The notes under the pieces were generated by a model that was not told the DNA's origin, ran no database searches, and was given only the letters and a program-made list of their open reading frames with translations. Position numbers and translations under genes: made by a program. From Ramazzottius varieornatus (taxonomy: Eukaryota > Animalia > Tardigrada): DNA of 64,000 nucleotides. Shown in pieces: positions 1 to 13,162 of the stretch. Positions within the stretch are counted from its first letter, which is position 1. The number at the start of each line of letters is the position of its first letter. The stretch spans positions 376,679 through 440,678 of the forward strand of contig BDGG01000003.1 in the NCBI GenBank assembly GCA_001949185.1. Direction: 5' to 3'.

Positions 1-378
1 CCGATACTCGCCATTGGCATTGATAGGTTGACCGCCCAATTGCAGCTGGTTTATTGGCCCGTCCTCTCTGTCTGTCGGTCAATGGGCGTGGTAACCGGTC
101 TGGGCATTTTATTACGTCAGATGTGAATGAACCTTGGTTCCCGTCCTTTGATCTTTCCGCCATAGGCTCAGGCTTGCCATATTTTCCCCAATTTAAGGGC
201 TATAGAATGACTGAACAGCTTTCTACGATGACTCAAGCGGTCTACGATTCATTCTAAAGCTCCGCTGGAAGGCCAGCCTTTTGGGCGGAGCTCTCGCAAA
301 ACGCCCGCACAGGTTAACTACCCGGTAACTCTTTTCAAGAAAATACGCTGAAAACAAGTCTGATATGACGCTGGTGAA

Positions 379-941
379 TTATGTGGACTTCTTCTTATCG
401 GTTGACTGATCCTTGAAATAGTCGACTTTCTTGCCTGATTTGGCCTGTTGCTCCTGCAGCGAGGCTTCATCCTTGCCTTCCTCGAAAACGATACTGCCAC
501 TTCGATGTGTTTCGTGCGCTAGTTCGATGGGATCCTTGGGTTCCGCGTGAGATAACTCTTCCATAACTTCCATCTCGTGCTGCTGAGCTGCGTGCTCTTG
601 TACGAGTTCCGTTTTCTGGAGTAGGCAAACGTAAATTGCTCAATATGCTCATAGGAATGCGATTCGATCCAGCTTGAGCCTTAAGGACCATGTTAGCGAT
701 GTTACGTTCAGAGTGAATAAAAAACTTAATAGATGCTCAATCTTACATGAGTGAAGTTTGGCACATCGATCTGGATCTTCGTGTTAACCGTTTTCTGGAT
801 CTGTGATGTCGGCACACTGTTTCCAGAGGAATATAGCAATCCCGCGTGCACCGCGAAGTTTCGCTTTGGACGATATCCAGCAGCGCCAGACCGCATGGAC
901 GTTACAGCACGTAGGATCGTTTGAGGTAGCATCATAGCCAT
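379..941 (-). CDS. Small two-exon protein (~143 aa), putative mitochondrial presequence plus acidic/hydrophilic C-terminus; unknown function
   Basis: Exon 1 941-747 (MAMMLPQTILRAVTSMRSGAAGYRPKRNF...NFTH) ends at a GTAAGA donor. Intron 746-616 ends CTCCAG. Exon 2 615-379 (KTELVQEHAAQQHEMEVMEE...KKKST*) joins in phase 0. The N-terminus is Arg-rich with no acidic residues. Confidence 0.55.
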
Positions 942-1514
942 TTGAACTGCCAAAATAAGTCACTTAGACCGCGATACCGGCGTCATGTTGTCAAAACTTG
1001 AAACGGAACCAATTACAACTTCAGCATCTTCCTAAAAGGCACAACCAGCATGGATTCAAACAAGATGCGCTCTTCGCCGTTGCAGAAAACACGCTGACAA
1101 GCCGGAACAGCTGATTATAAGCTCTTGACAGGCAGCAACACTGCAACAGTGCAGTGCATTCGACAGATGGCGACAAGAGTAACTGTTCCGTCTGTTAGCA
1201 CGACTACGATTTTCACGTTTCGGTGGAATTCTTCGGCATTGTTTGTGGCATGAAACATAAAAGGGAAGTGCTGTAATCGTCTTACGTCAAACCAAATAAG
1301 ATAACCTATCGTTCTCGGTTGCCGGCGATATGACCAACAAGGAATCACTGGGACGATTCTCGTGCCTCTATAATCGTTCATTCATTTTGTCGAAAAGGGA
1401 ATCGTTTTTGCAGCAAGTAGAAAGTCGCCCAAAATTTGGCCATAATTTTAACTGGATTTAGAGTCACTACGAACATATTTATACGTAACGTTGGGAGATT
1501 TAGTTTCTGGAAAA

Positions 1515-4500
1515 ATGGTAGCTGTCCCAGGTTTGACGGTGAATGTTCCTGCTAAACGCGGCCCACCAACGTTCTTCCGGCAATTATGGACTATGATACG
1601 CCGAAATTTACTGTTGAAACGCCGTGCGCTGAAGACAACCATTCTGGTACTGTCGGGTGCATTTTCCCATAGAATAAAATTCCAACCAGGTAGAGCATTC
1701 CAAAGAAAATATCGGTTACAAGGCTATGTACTTGTGTTTAGGAGATCTTTTTCCCGTCACTGTTCCTGATCCAGTTCATCTTCTTCGGATTTATACTCAA
1801 ATCCCAAAAGTCCGAGTTACCCGAAATTCCAGAATTTGCCTCCGACCCGATCAAATATCCAGGTGTCCTATTCAACAGCACGCCCACCTTTTCCATTGCC
1901 TACACTCCTGTCACGGCCCGAACCAACCAAACCATGCTGTTCACTTCCTATGCCTGGTCTCGCGCTCGGCCTGGTTCACTTCTAATTTACATACCTTTCG
2001 ACTCTGAACAAGAGATGGAAAAAGCATACCGTACAAATTCCTTATCGTTAAAGAGTTCCGCGGATCTGGCCAGTACTTCAAACTTTTCCACGGTGTTCGC
2101 TGCTGGTATTGTATTCAACGACGCCGAGATGAACACATTAGATTACAAACTGCGATTTCCACGGTTGTTGATGCCAGCCACTAGCCCACCCTATTTCCGC
2201 CAGGACTCCAGATGCCTGAACAAGTCCCCTTTGACTGTGAATCAGACAGTCGGGGTTCCGGAGACGAACTGTACTGCCATGGTGTACGATATCAAGGGTT
2301 TCATAGCGTTACAGAATGTGTTGTATGCTGGATATACGGCCCTGAAAACGAACATCACGATGGCACAGCCACTGGATTTCGCAACAAAACTTATGCCGCA
2401 GTTTACCAAAACTGTTGTACCGGGTGGGACAGCCATTACATCGATGCCGGCTAGTTCGATTGCCAACGTGATTGGTAACACGGAAAATTTGTAATCTACC
2501 GTTTTCTGGTGACGACTGTTACCGTTTCGTACTAATGTGCGGTTTTTAGGTGCATTTATAATATTCTTGGTGGTATTCATCGTGACGGAGAAAGAGAAGA
2601 AGCACATAGTCAGCATGGAAGTGATGGGTCTGCGACCCGGGGTATACTGGATCAGCTGGAGTGTGCTGTATTTCGCTATCATTCTGGTGGCGGCACTGGT
2701 TTCCATTACCATTGCTCAAGTCCTGGGAATATGGCCCCAAAGCAGTTTCTCCCTGCTGTTTCTCGACACTGCTTTGTTCGGTGCGACAGTAATTGCACTT
2801 GGATGGTGCGTGGCACCTTTATTCCGTCGCCCGTTGATTGCCGGACTGTTCGCCTACGTCATGATGCAGATTTTCGGGTTCCTCTATCTGCTGGAAACCT
2901 TCCTTCCCGGCATGACGGATGGTGCGCGATATGCGATGGCGTTACTTTCGCCCACTGCCTTGTTCATGAGTTTGTCCCGGGTAAGCGAGCTGTATCAGTT
3001 TTAGGCTTTGAACCTGAAGAAAATTGTCCGTCAGCCCATTACTATCCAAAGCTTCGTCAACAGGAACGAAATTGCACTGTTAGTCTTTCGCGTATTATGT
3101 CATTTCCCAAATTCGCTGCGATAAGTTATTCTTGCTCATACAGGTATCGGCTGCCGAAGGCGAAGGACACGGTATCGGTTTCGGCAACGCATTTGCCGGG
3201 AAGGGGTTCTCGTTTGGTGCCGCCATGATGATGCTCATTCTGGACTTGTTTCTGTATGGACTCCTCGCTGCGTACTTGGAGATGGTGTTCCCAAGTGAGT
3301 GCAGTCCCCCTATTGTACTGTAGCTATAGAAGGCTCGGCGGAGCTAAAATAAGCCACTTTAGTCGTTCTTAGCCGCGGCTAAAATGTATTGTGCGTTCGA
3401 TTGATTTATTGATGTTGAGTCGGCTAAAATAGTTTTGGCCTAAAGAAATCAATCGACCGCACAATACATTTTAGCCGTGGACAAAAGTATTTTAGCTGCT
3501 TTAGCCGCGGCTAANNNNNNNNNNNNNNNNNNNNNNNNNNNNNNNNNNNNNNNNNNNNNNNNNNTATTTTAGCTGCTTTAGCCGCGGCTAAGATATTTCT
3601 AGCCACGGCTAACAACGGCTTAAACGGCTTATTTTAGCTTCGCCGAGCCTTCTATAACTGTAGCACATGTTTTCTTTTTTTAGGCGACGATCGGCCAAAA
3701 CAGAGCCCGCTGTTCTTCCTTACGCCATCTTACTGGACTGGCTCCAAGCATCTGTTCAGTACTCCTCAGACGCCATTTGAACTCAATGCTGACATTGAGC
3801 CCGTTCCCGTTGAGCTTCGATTGAAGACGGCCATCAGTACCCAACACCTTCGAAAAGTTTTCCACAACGGCTCCAAGCACACGGATGCTGTTAGAGACTT
3901 CACCTACGACATCTACGAAGATGAGGTTCTGGCTATCCTAGGCCACAACGGAGCAGGCAAGACCACCCTGATCAGCATGTTGACGGGGATGCTATCCCCT
4001 ACTTCAGGCTCCGCCACGGTGTATGGCAATGATATTACGGATCCCGAACAGCTGAAAGTCGCTCAAACCACGATCGGAATCTGTCCCCAACACGACGTCT
4101 TGTTCAACGATTTTACGGTTCGAGAACACATCGAGTTTTATGCTCGACTAAAAGGCTTCTCGGACAAAGACGCAAGAAAAGAATACGAGAGGATAGTTGA
4201 CAATATCGGACTGAGATCGCAAGCGAATGTTTGTGCCGATAGTCTGAGCGGCGGCCAGAAGAGACGACTGTCCATTGCCGTTGCTATTGTTGGAGACCCG
4301 AAAGTGTTGATCCTGGATGAACCGACCTCCGGCGTGGATCCGTATTCCAGGAGGTTCTTGTGGGACTTGATCAGAGAGTTCAAGAAGGGCCGGTGTGTGA
4401 TACTGACAACACAGTCCATGCAGGAAGCCGATGTCTTTGCAGATCGAAAGTTGATTTTCAGTCATGGAAGGCTTCGCTGTGCAGGAACGTCCTTGTTTCT

Positions 4501-7500
4501 GAAAAACAGGTTCGGGCTGGGATATCATCTGAACATGGCGGTTGAACGCGACTTTAAAGACCGTGAGATTGAAGAGTTTGTGCAAGCCAGAATTTCCAAT
4601 GCGAAGGTTGCACGAGTTCATGGTGGAGAAATCTCTTTCACACTACCGAAGGAGACTTCGATCGAATTCCCCAAACTCTTCACTGATTTGGACCTCAATC
4701 TATCAGAGCTGCGCGTTCGCTCCTACGGAGTCTCTCTCACGACGATGGAAGAAATCTTTCTTAAACTAGCCGAAGACGACATTGACGCAGATCCAAAAAG
4801 AAGTCCCAACAAATTCGTTGACCCTAAGCTTGCTGCACCAGCACTGACCTCCCGGCCTGCGGTTCACGCTTCTTTGCCAAAAGGCCGAGTTCCTTGGCAC
4901 CAGAAATTCCTGAAGCTCTGCAAAATCCGCTTTCTGCTCTTTATACGGTCAAAGCTTGCCCTGACTTTCCAGTTCATCCTGCCCTTGATCTTGCTCCTCG
5001 TCAATGGCATCATGTCTATGCTGGCCCAAGACTACGCCATCAAGCTTTTCAGCACAGACTTACTGCAGATTGATGAGCTGGCTTCCGCCTTCCGAGAAAC
5101 CGAAACGAAAATCGTTTCCTCAAACTCGTCCAGTAATGGAAATCTGATCTCCCATTTGGAGGACATATACGGAGAACAGCTCGAATATTCCAATTATTCT
5201 TCTTTACTCAATCATGCTCCACACTACCTCGCTTATATTCTCCCTCCAAAGCCGAACAAGGAGTCCTACACAATCGCCTACAACAGCTCCGCCATCCATT
5301 CCCTCGCATTTGGCACCAACCTTCTCCTCAACGCCATGTTCCGCCTGGTGACAGGTCTGGATGAAAAGTTTCGGGTGGCCAGCCACGCCTTTCCCTCCGC
5401 CACCGATTCCGGCAAGGCTCAGCTCGATCCAGGTTTGGAGTTTTACCTTGTTGGGTTTGCCATGTTGCTCATACCTGGAATATACGGTGTGGACGTATGT
5501 CGCGATCGGGCGCTCAAAATCCGAAGTCAGATCCGGACGACCGGATGCCCCATGTGGTTGTACTGGACTAGCGCATTCTTCAGCCATTTCGTCCAATATA
5601 CACTGTCCTTCCTTTTGGTTGTCATCATGCTATACGCCTTTGGCATACAGTCGCTGACGAATGCAATGGGCGTGATCGTGCTGGTTTACGCTCTGCATGC
5701 ACCAGCCATCATCCTATTTTCATACTGTGTATCGTTCCTGTTCGAAAAGTATGAAACAGCCAGTGTCGCCATGCCATTTCCGATTGCAATGGTAGGTATG
5801 GTTGCGACTGGCATGAATGTCATTCAACGCTTTTGATTTTTACACTATGCTTCCGCTTTCAGGTCGGGGCTGTGGCAAACTTGATTTCCTTGATCGCTAC
5901 GCAGTTTTCGGCAAACTTACCGGGCTTGGAAGCCGTTCACTATATTTTCGCATTCTTGTTCCCTTTCTATGGGTTTTTCGGCACGATGCTGATGATCTTC
6001 CAAGTGGGAATCAAGAACGTAATGGCAGACTACCTCGGCGACCCGAAGACGAGCTATCTCGGATGGGACTCAAAAATCCCTGTCATCCTGATTGCGGTAA
6101 GTATTTAATCCCGCGAAACGCAGTTATTTTACAATGCTATTGCAACCGTGCTTCCCTTTGCAGCACGCAGTACACATCCCGTTGTTGGTTTTGTTGCTGG
6201 TGTATTTGGAGTCTCGACATTTCAATCAGAAACTAAAGATTTTTTCAAATGACACCTTTGACAACGATAAGAAAAATACACCACTGACCCTAACTGGATC
6301 GCTGGGCGATGAGGACATTCGTCTGGAAACAATCCGGGCCTTGTCGGTGAACACAAGAGACGCGTCCTCGGTATGGCAACACAGCAGTAATACATAGAAA
6401 ATTTTGAGTGTGGTACTCGCAAATTATGGTGTCTTATTTGCAGTATTCATTACTCTTGAAGCACCTAGGAAAAAAATTCGACTTGTACTCACCGATCAAA
6501 AAAGCCTGGACTATTGCGACAGGAAAAAGACATACACTCAAACCACCGAAGGAAGCCGTTCGGGATATCTCTCTGGTTATCCCGAAAGGAGAGATATTCG
6601 GTTTACTCGGTATTTCATTTCTCATCATCCGACAGAATCACAGCAAGCTTGACGGGAAAATTCGGCATTTCACATTTTTTTAACATTCCATCCAAGGTCC
6701 AAATGGAGCGGGAAAAACAACCACTCTGTCAATGGTCACTGGCGAAGTGAGTTGCTCTCTAGCTCTGATAATCACTGTCCAGTGGCTTGGGCTTCATCCT
6801 GATTCTTGAAAGTCATTCCACAGGTTACTCCGACAAGTGGTGACATCTATGCCAACGGATATCACATGCACACGGATACACTATCTGCCATTGAGTCCAT
6901 GGGAGCATGCCCACAGACCGACACTCTGTGGGAAGAAATTCTTATGGAAGAACATTTCGAGCTTTTTGCCGCTCTAAATGGCATACCGGCAGAACATTCA
7001 AAAGAAGCCATCAGCTAGTAAGCTTATTCTAACCGCTCCTCGCAATCCCGTATCTGAAATACCATAGATACAGGACTTTACTGATACACCGCTCTGGTTT
7101 GCTTGATTTGGCTCCTCTTCATATTTGCACCTTGACGTTCACAAATCGGCTGCCTACGCGGGGAAGCATCCATAACGAAAACTGCAAAGCGAAGACTTAC
7201 TATTAATCGGCATGCTGGTTGCAGTTTCACGAAGGGCCTCTCCATCACGGAACACCTTTCCAAGAAAGCTGCGAACCTCAGCGGTGGAACGAAGCGTAAA
7301 GTAAGGAAAAACTGATTCACGTTGCTGGTTCGCAGTTTAGTCGTTCCTCCGAGATGCCACAACTTCTTCCTCCGTTCATTTCTATTTCAATTACGATACC
7401 CCCAGGGTTTTGGCCATGGTAATGTTAATTTCACATGAAATTTTGAATGATATGTTCAAACTATCAGTCGGAAGTCGGGTTGAGTCTTAAGAAATTTTTA

Positions 7501-8579
7501 AGGTGTCACATCTCGGAGTTAGAACTGTACTGATGAAAGTTCTCGTGTTGCTAACCTGGTTTCCATTACAGTTAACTTTCGTGATTAGTATGCTGGGCAG
7601 TCCACCGCTCGTACTTCTCGACGAGCCCTCAACCGGTATGGATCCACAAAGCAAGCGCTTCCTGTGGGATATGATCATCCAAAGCTTCGGCGGTGACCGC
7701 AGCGCCATCTTGACGACGCACTCGATGGAAGAAGCAGATTCTTTGTGCAACCGGATTGGTGTCATTGTCAACGGTACCCTGCAATGTGTCGGTTCCACGC
7801 AACACCTGAAAGACAAGTATGGTTCTGGGTACATCCTCGAGGTCAAGCTTGGAGTGGCTGCAATGGTTGCCTCCTCGGAGCTTGTTACACAGCGCGTTCT
7901 GAACGAAGTGTTGAAACTGTTCCCTCGGGCTGTTTGTGTTGAACAGTTTTACAGTCGGATGGTCTTCACGGTCGGGACCGAGCAGATTACTTCACTTGGA
8001 AATGTTTTCGCTGACCTTGACAAATGTGAGTACAGTCCTACCTGTGAGATGTGACAATTGCTTCTTCTGCAACCGAACAGCGTTTCTGCACGAGACTGCT
8101 GGCCATACACTGCGCAGCACGATCAGCTGATCGACGTCCGGTTGCCTTTTAACTTGCTCAAGCAATCAAGCGTGTGTCTGATCAGCTGATCGGTCTCATG
8201 CGAACAACATGGCGAGCAAATCCGGGCACACATGAACCGTTCGGAACTGATTTCGGGCGTTTGAACTGTCACATCTCACAGGTGGGACTGTATAGTGATG
8301 CTGTAGTTCGGAAACCTTGCGCAAGGCTTTCGCTAAACCGTCAATTGAAATGAGTTTGAGGAACTTGCCAAAACGGCTATCGTTGTTTTAGTGAAAGTGG
8401 ATCTTGATCTGGAGGAGTACAGTTTCAGTCAGACCACGATCGAACAAGTATTTCTGCGGTTTGCGAAACTGCAGGAAAGTGAGATGGAGCGAGCGGAGTT
8501 TCCGGCTGCTGAGAGACTTATCGGAAGTAACGGAGCGCAGACGACAACGGTTCAAACCTATGCCCAGAGCTCAATGTGA
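1515..8579 (+). CDS. ABC transporter subfamily A, full transporter (ABCA5-like), multi-exon
   Basis: N-terminus QLWTMIRRNLLLKRR..EIFFP; TMD1 with EKEK and GLRP..YW; NBD1 GHNGAGKTT / LSGGQKRRL / ILDEPTSGVDP / FLKNRFGLGY; TMD2; NBD2 GLLGPNGAGKTT / LSGGTKRK / LLDEPSTGMDP / HLKDKYGSGY; C-terminus YSFSQTTIEQVFL. GT-AG introns link the ORF-track pieces (first intron 1647-1741, last 8026-8390). Confidence 0.93.
3325..3656. mobile_element. Intronic MITE with 8-bp TSD (hAT- or P-type)
   Basis: TIR TATAGAAGGCTCGGCG(G/A)AGCTAAAATAAGCC at both ends; perfect 8-bp TSD ACTGTAGC at 3317-3324 and 3657-3664; internal TTAGCCGCGGCTAA palindromes; contains an N gap. Confidence 0.88.
8033..8290. mobile_element. 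Tc1/mariner-type MITE in the last ABCA intron
   Basis: TIR CAGTCC(T/C)ACCTGTGAGATGTGACA; TA on both sides (8031-32, 8291-92). Confidence 0.85.
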
Positions 8580-8755
8580 CACCATCTGACAACCTTTGAT
8601 GAAAAATTTGTCTTTCGACTTTACAAATACCTCTACGTAGATATCAAAAGATACGCTCTAATTTTACTGAGCACACGATTGTACTGTAGATGACGTAGAT
8701 CAGTTGTTTGGAAACTGGTAGGATTTTCACAAGAGATATCGTCACCAAAAGTAGC

Positions 8756-9970
8756 TCACTGGTGGAATCTAGATATGCACTTTTCCGTAGACCAGTTTCT
8801 AGGAATATAATCCATGAATTCGACCTTGTAGCCCTCGATGACGACACCTCCAATGCCGAGAAAGGCTCTGAGTGAAGGTAGGTTGTCTGCAGGAACGTGG
8901 GTCCAAGTATGCTTATCGCCCATATTCGTCAGTTTTCTCAAGAGTTCGTAACACGCAACTTGAAAGAGTCCTTTTCTACGGTGCTCGGGCTCCACGTGAC
9001 CCATTCCCAGACAGCCTTCTGGTTGATAACAGATATAAGCCACCGCTGTCGAGCTTCCGTGTCGGAAGATGGCTGCACTTGGGTAATGCTCCAGTACGTA
9101 TCGGTAGTACAGCAAATTCAATTCCGGGCATCTATAGTCTTTGTCTTGTATCAGTTGTTGGGCGTGCTGTGGATTTAGTTCGCCTATGGAAAATCCATCT
9201 GGCAACGCGCGTCTACGAATGAGAACCCACACACGTAACACTGGTGGTTGATCTGAATCGGGGTGATAGTCTTGAATACTTTGAAGTAATTTTCCCCAGG
9301 TCGAAGAATATACAGAGATGCGTATCGAAATAATGTATTACTCCGCCCATACTTCCGCATTTCTTAACGACTGCAGTGAAATCCAGAGGCCACTGGACCG
9401 AGCGAAAGTACATGCTTCGAGTCCAGTCGAGGCACTGTGGATCCTCCAGAAGAGCTTTTAGCTTGTCAGGACTCTTCGAGTATATGAGAACTCCAGCATC
9501 GATGATGAATGGCGTAATTTCCTGATGGGACATTAAAGCTTCAATTCAGGACTCGAAAGAAAGCGGATTGGTCGGCATGATTCTAGTGCGCCTTTACTCA
9601 GGCAGAGTACGAAAAAACTTACTGCTTTTTCTGTTCCAAAGGTTCGAGCAACACAGACAAATAAGCCGGGAAATTTATCCACCACAAAGCTAACTCCAGG
9701 CCAGGCGAATCTTTTCTTTACATTTTCTCGTACTAGAGAATATACTGTACCTAGGAACAGAAGCAGGAACAGAAGCAGGAACAGAAGCAGGAACAGAAGC
9801 AGGAACAGAAGCAATCGAAATCTGCCGGTTTCCCGGTGATCCAGAGAAACTTTGACGTTCGGGACAGTAAATTCGAAACGCCCACAGTTTCTTACGCTGA
9901 GAGAATACGGCAAATCCCGCTCAAGCTTTTCGAGAAGCTGAGGCAGGTGGATATCTTGCAAAAGTAACAT
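8756..9970 (-). CDS. Glycine N-acyltransferase-like GNAT acetyltransferase, multi-exon
   Basis: MLLLQDIHLPQLLEKLERDLPYSLS|VYSLV...FVVDKFP N-terminus typical of GLYAT-like proteins; C-terminal GNAT motif A GMGHVEPEHRRKGLF and N..S.R.F...G motif. Confidence 0.8.
9753..9812 (+). repeat. 12-bp tandem repeat (AGGAACAGAAGC)x5
   Basis: Five perfect copies; on the minus strand they abut the AG acceptor (9751-9752) of a GNAT intron. Confidence 0.95.
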
Positions 9971-10817
9971 TTCTGCAAATTGAAAGATTCGACTCCTGCA
10001 AACGCTCCAGGATTTAGCTTTCTGCACACTAGGCCGTTTCTGAGGGAAAATTCTTTACTAAATCTTCGTATCGCTGCGGCCTTACTAGCTACCACTGGAC
10101 GATTACGATAAGGGGAGCCGTTTCGATCAATTTATGACTCGACTTTCTTGCCTAATCTGTCCTGTTGTGCAATTTGTGTTATGGAAGTTATGTCGATACC
10201 ACGAACGATCGTCCGATGCAGCGCTGATATCATGGCCATTTGAAGGCTAGAATAAATCAAGAGAGAAGGGTTCCGCTATCTGATGTTCGAGACCAAGCCA
10301 ATAGCAATTTTGATTCGATTTTCTTCAGAGCTCTTATTGTAAGTTGAGTGTTTCAGACGGAAACTGATTTTTGCCAATTTGCCATCTTGAAATCAGGCTC
10401 GGAAGTCGGAACGGCCGACTAGAGCACTGGGCCGCAGGTCCAAAAGTACGCTGTGACTGTGCTGCGCACATTACCAGGGCGCTGTACGCCGCGCCGTGCT
10501 GCAGATGCACGTTGACCTGATGCAACTGCGCGGAACGCCGATGTATTGACGTGATTTGTAATTCAGTCAGCGAAATCGGTAGTCAACCCGGAGAACGTTG
10601 CGCTAAAGTACGGCAAAGTTGAGACGGATGAAGTTCGAATGCCCGAAAACTGTAATATTTGTTAGGTTTCGGTAGGTCCATCTGCGCGGTAGTCTATGGC
10701 TTTCCGCTGTATGCTGTACTGTGCCGCACACATTTCGTCAGTTCACGCGCTGCAGCTGTGCTGCAGCACAGCTGCAGTACATTGCAGCGCATGCGGCCAT
10801 ACTCCGTGCGCTACAGC

Positions 10818-13125
10818 TGATGATGAGCATTACCAAGGATGAGCAGAAACAGTTCGAAGAATTGTACGGTGATGCATGCGTCAGCTGTAACATCCCCTTC
10901 AGCGCGGCCGAAGATGCCAGAATGGAACGTCTACTTAAGTACCTCCGTCCTAGTGTGGTCATTCCCAGCCGATTCACAGTTTCTCGCCGTATTGTGCCAG
11001 CACGTATAGCAGAAGCAACGTCCGAAGTAACGAGCAAGCTGACGGATCAGACATTCCTCACGTTAACGTTCGATGGATTTAAGAACGTAAACCGCGATAA
11101 AATACTGGGTACCAAAGAGATTTCTGCAGCTTCTCTTATGGCTTGTGATGCAATGGAAAAATTGGTGTTTTGTAGGTTTCCTTTTGACAGTACGAGATGA
11201 GAGCGGTACCATAAACATCACCCTGGGATCGGCTCTCGATATTACTGGCGTTAACTATGACGGTGAATACTTGATGAACGAAAGCCTTCAAAAGATTACC
11301 CAGGTGAAGAAAGAGTACAAGACTGACGTCAGATATGTCACATGCGACTCCGATGGTGCTCATCGTAAAGCCAGGCGTCTCCTTTCGGAAAAGCTCCCGC
11401 ACATCCTTTTTTCTCCGTGTAATGCTCATCAGATCAACTTAATTATACAAGACGTAATCAAGTTTGTGCCCCAGTTTAAAGAAACCCTTCGTCAGAGTGA
11501 TGTAGTGTCCAACTGGTTCCGCAAAAGCAGCTTGTCGCAGGGCAAGTTACGCGATCTCCAGTTCGAGTTTTACTCCAAAGAAATTTCCATGCCTGGATGG
11601 ACACAAACGCGCTGGTACTCCATTTATGTGAGCGTGCAGCGAGTACTGGATTCCAAGAGCGCATTACAGGTCACTATTGTATGCAGTTATTGTAATTTGG
11701 TTCGTAGTAACTGAAAGTTTTGCAAGAACGAAATTTCTGTACAGTAGAATCCGGTCAGCTTTGTTTTTGTAGATGTATGGTGTCAGGTTTGGTACGAACT
11801 TGGGCCTCGTTCCGTTCGAGCTGAAAGTGGTTCTGGATGAGGACGATTTCTGGGCTGGCGCGAGAGAAATTGCTGTCGTGCTGAAGCCTCTGGTAGAAGC
11901 ACAGGAAGAAGCAGAGTCGGATAACTGCACGATTGCTGATATGGGAGCGGCTGTCCGGAATATCTACCTAAGTTTCTCGCACCTGAGAGACCGGGACATT
12001 TCGTGGACGCGGATGTCTCAGTTGGAAAAGCGATGGAGGAGCTTCTATCAGACCGACGTTGTTGCTGTGGCCATGTTCCTCCACCCCAAGTACAAGCTCA
12101 ACTTGTTCCGCAGCGACCCAGCAAAAGTCCACAGCGGTGTAATCTACAAACGGGCTAGCGACCTATATCGACAGTTCTTCCGAAACGACCCCACGAAACT
12201 GTTAACCTCTGCCATTCATTACAGCGGAAGTAAGAACATTTTTGACGCGAAATACACCAGACAACTGAGTAACCCGATCGACTACTGGTCGTACGCCGAA
12301 ACTGAACACGCCGAGCTGGCTCAGTTAGCAAAGTTTCTCCTGTCCGCATGTCCTCACGCCGCAGCCGTGGAACGATTCTGGAAGAAGATGAAGGAAGTCC
12401 ACACTGCCAACAGGAACCGACTGCATCGAAGCTTGGTAGGCGGGATGTGCACACTGAAGATGAAATTTTGCCGGGAAGATAACGTGCGAGACGCGGAAAA
12501 GCAGAAGAAAACGGAAAAGAAAGCCGGCGAAGGTGAAACAACATCACATTGCGGAGTTCCAACAATCGAAATAGAAGGTGGAGCAATCGCCGATCAAGGT
12601 AAAGAACGGTCTTCTAATTATATGAAATATATGAATGTCCTTCTGATCATAGTTTGAACGCTTGGACCAACCGTGATTCAAAGGCCTGTACTTATTAGTG
12701 CATTGGTTTTACAGGGTCGCGCTCGGGTGATCTGATGAGGCTAGAGAGTCAAATATCGGAGCTGGATGAGCTATTCGCGCAAGACAATGAAGCGGCAGAA
12801 GAAGACGGTGATGGTGACCAACCTGCGCTTTCCGGCGAGAAGTTTTTCACGTTGGCAGAGTTGTTTAATACTTCTGGTGTCTGAGTTTAATCAGTGAACT
12901 TTATCGGTGAGCTTAAATTTATCGCGGTCAAGTGTTCTAGAGTAATATATTGTTCCGTTATTGCTCTGGGTTGTTTCGAACAGTTGTTCCAGTGTTTTCA
13001 CACCGGACCCGCACTATCGACTGTAAAATGTAAGTCGTGTAGAATGTAATTACACGTTTGTAATTACACCATTTTACACGACATTTTACATTACACGGAC
13101 CAGCTGCGTGTAATGCTCATCATTA
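10818..13125 (+). mobile_element. hAT DNA transposon lacking its left subterminal region
   Basis: TIRs TGATGATGAGCATTAC (10818) and GTAATGCTCATCATTA (ends 13125); 8-bp TSD GCTACAGC / TCTACAGC (7/8); TGTAAT/ATTACA subterminal repeats at the right end only. Confidence 0.85.
10820..12884 (+). CDS. hAT transposase, 4 exons, frame intact (~592 aa), no BED finger
   Basis: Exons 10820-11108, 11176-11669, 11773-12598, 12715-12884 total 1779 nt with compatible phases. Motifs CNIPF, LRP..IPSR, LTFDGF (D1), VTCDSDG (D2), CNAH, TRWYS, FLHP, AAAVERFW (E). Confidence 0.88.
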
Positions 13126-13162
13126 TCTACAGCTGACTAAGACAGACTAGAGTAGTGGAGTC

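Noticed and set aside
9753-9812. CRISPR-like array or true poly-LLLF protein
   Set aside because: No spacers, eukaryotic context, and the repeat is intronic.
10425-10806. Degenerate inverted repeat as the true left end of the hAT element
   Set aside because: It does not match the right TIR and is too degenerate to delimit; possibly an unrelated old MITE.
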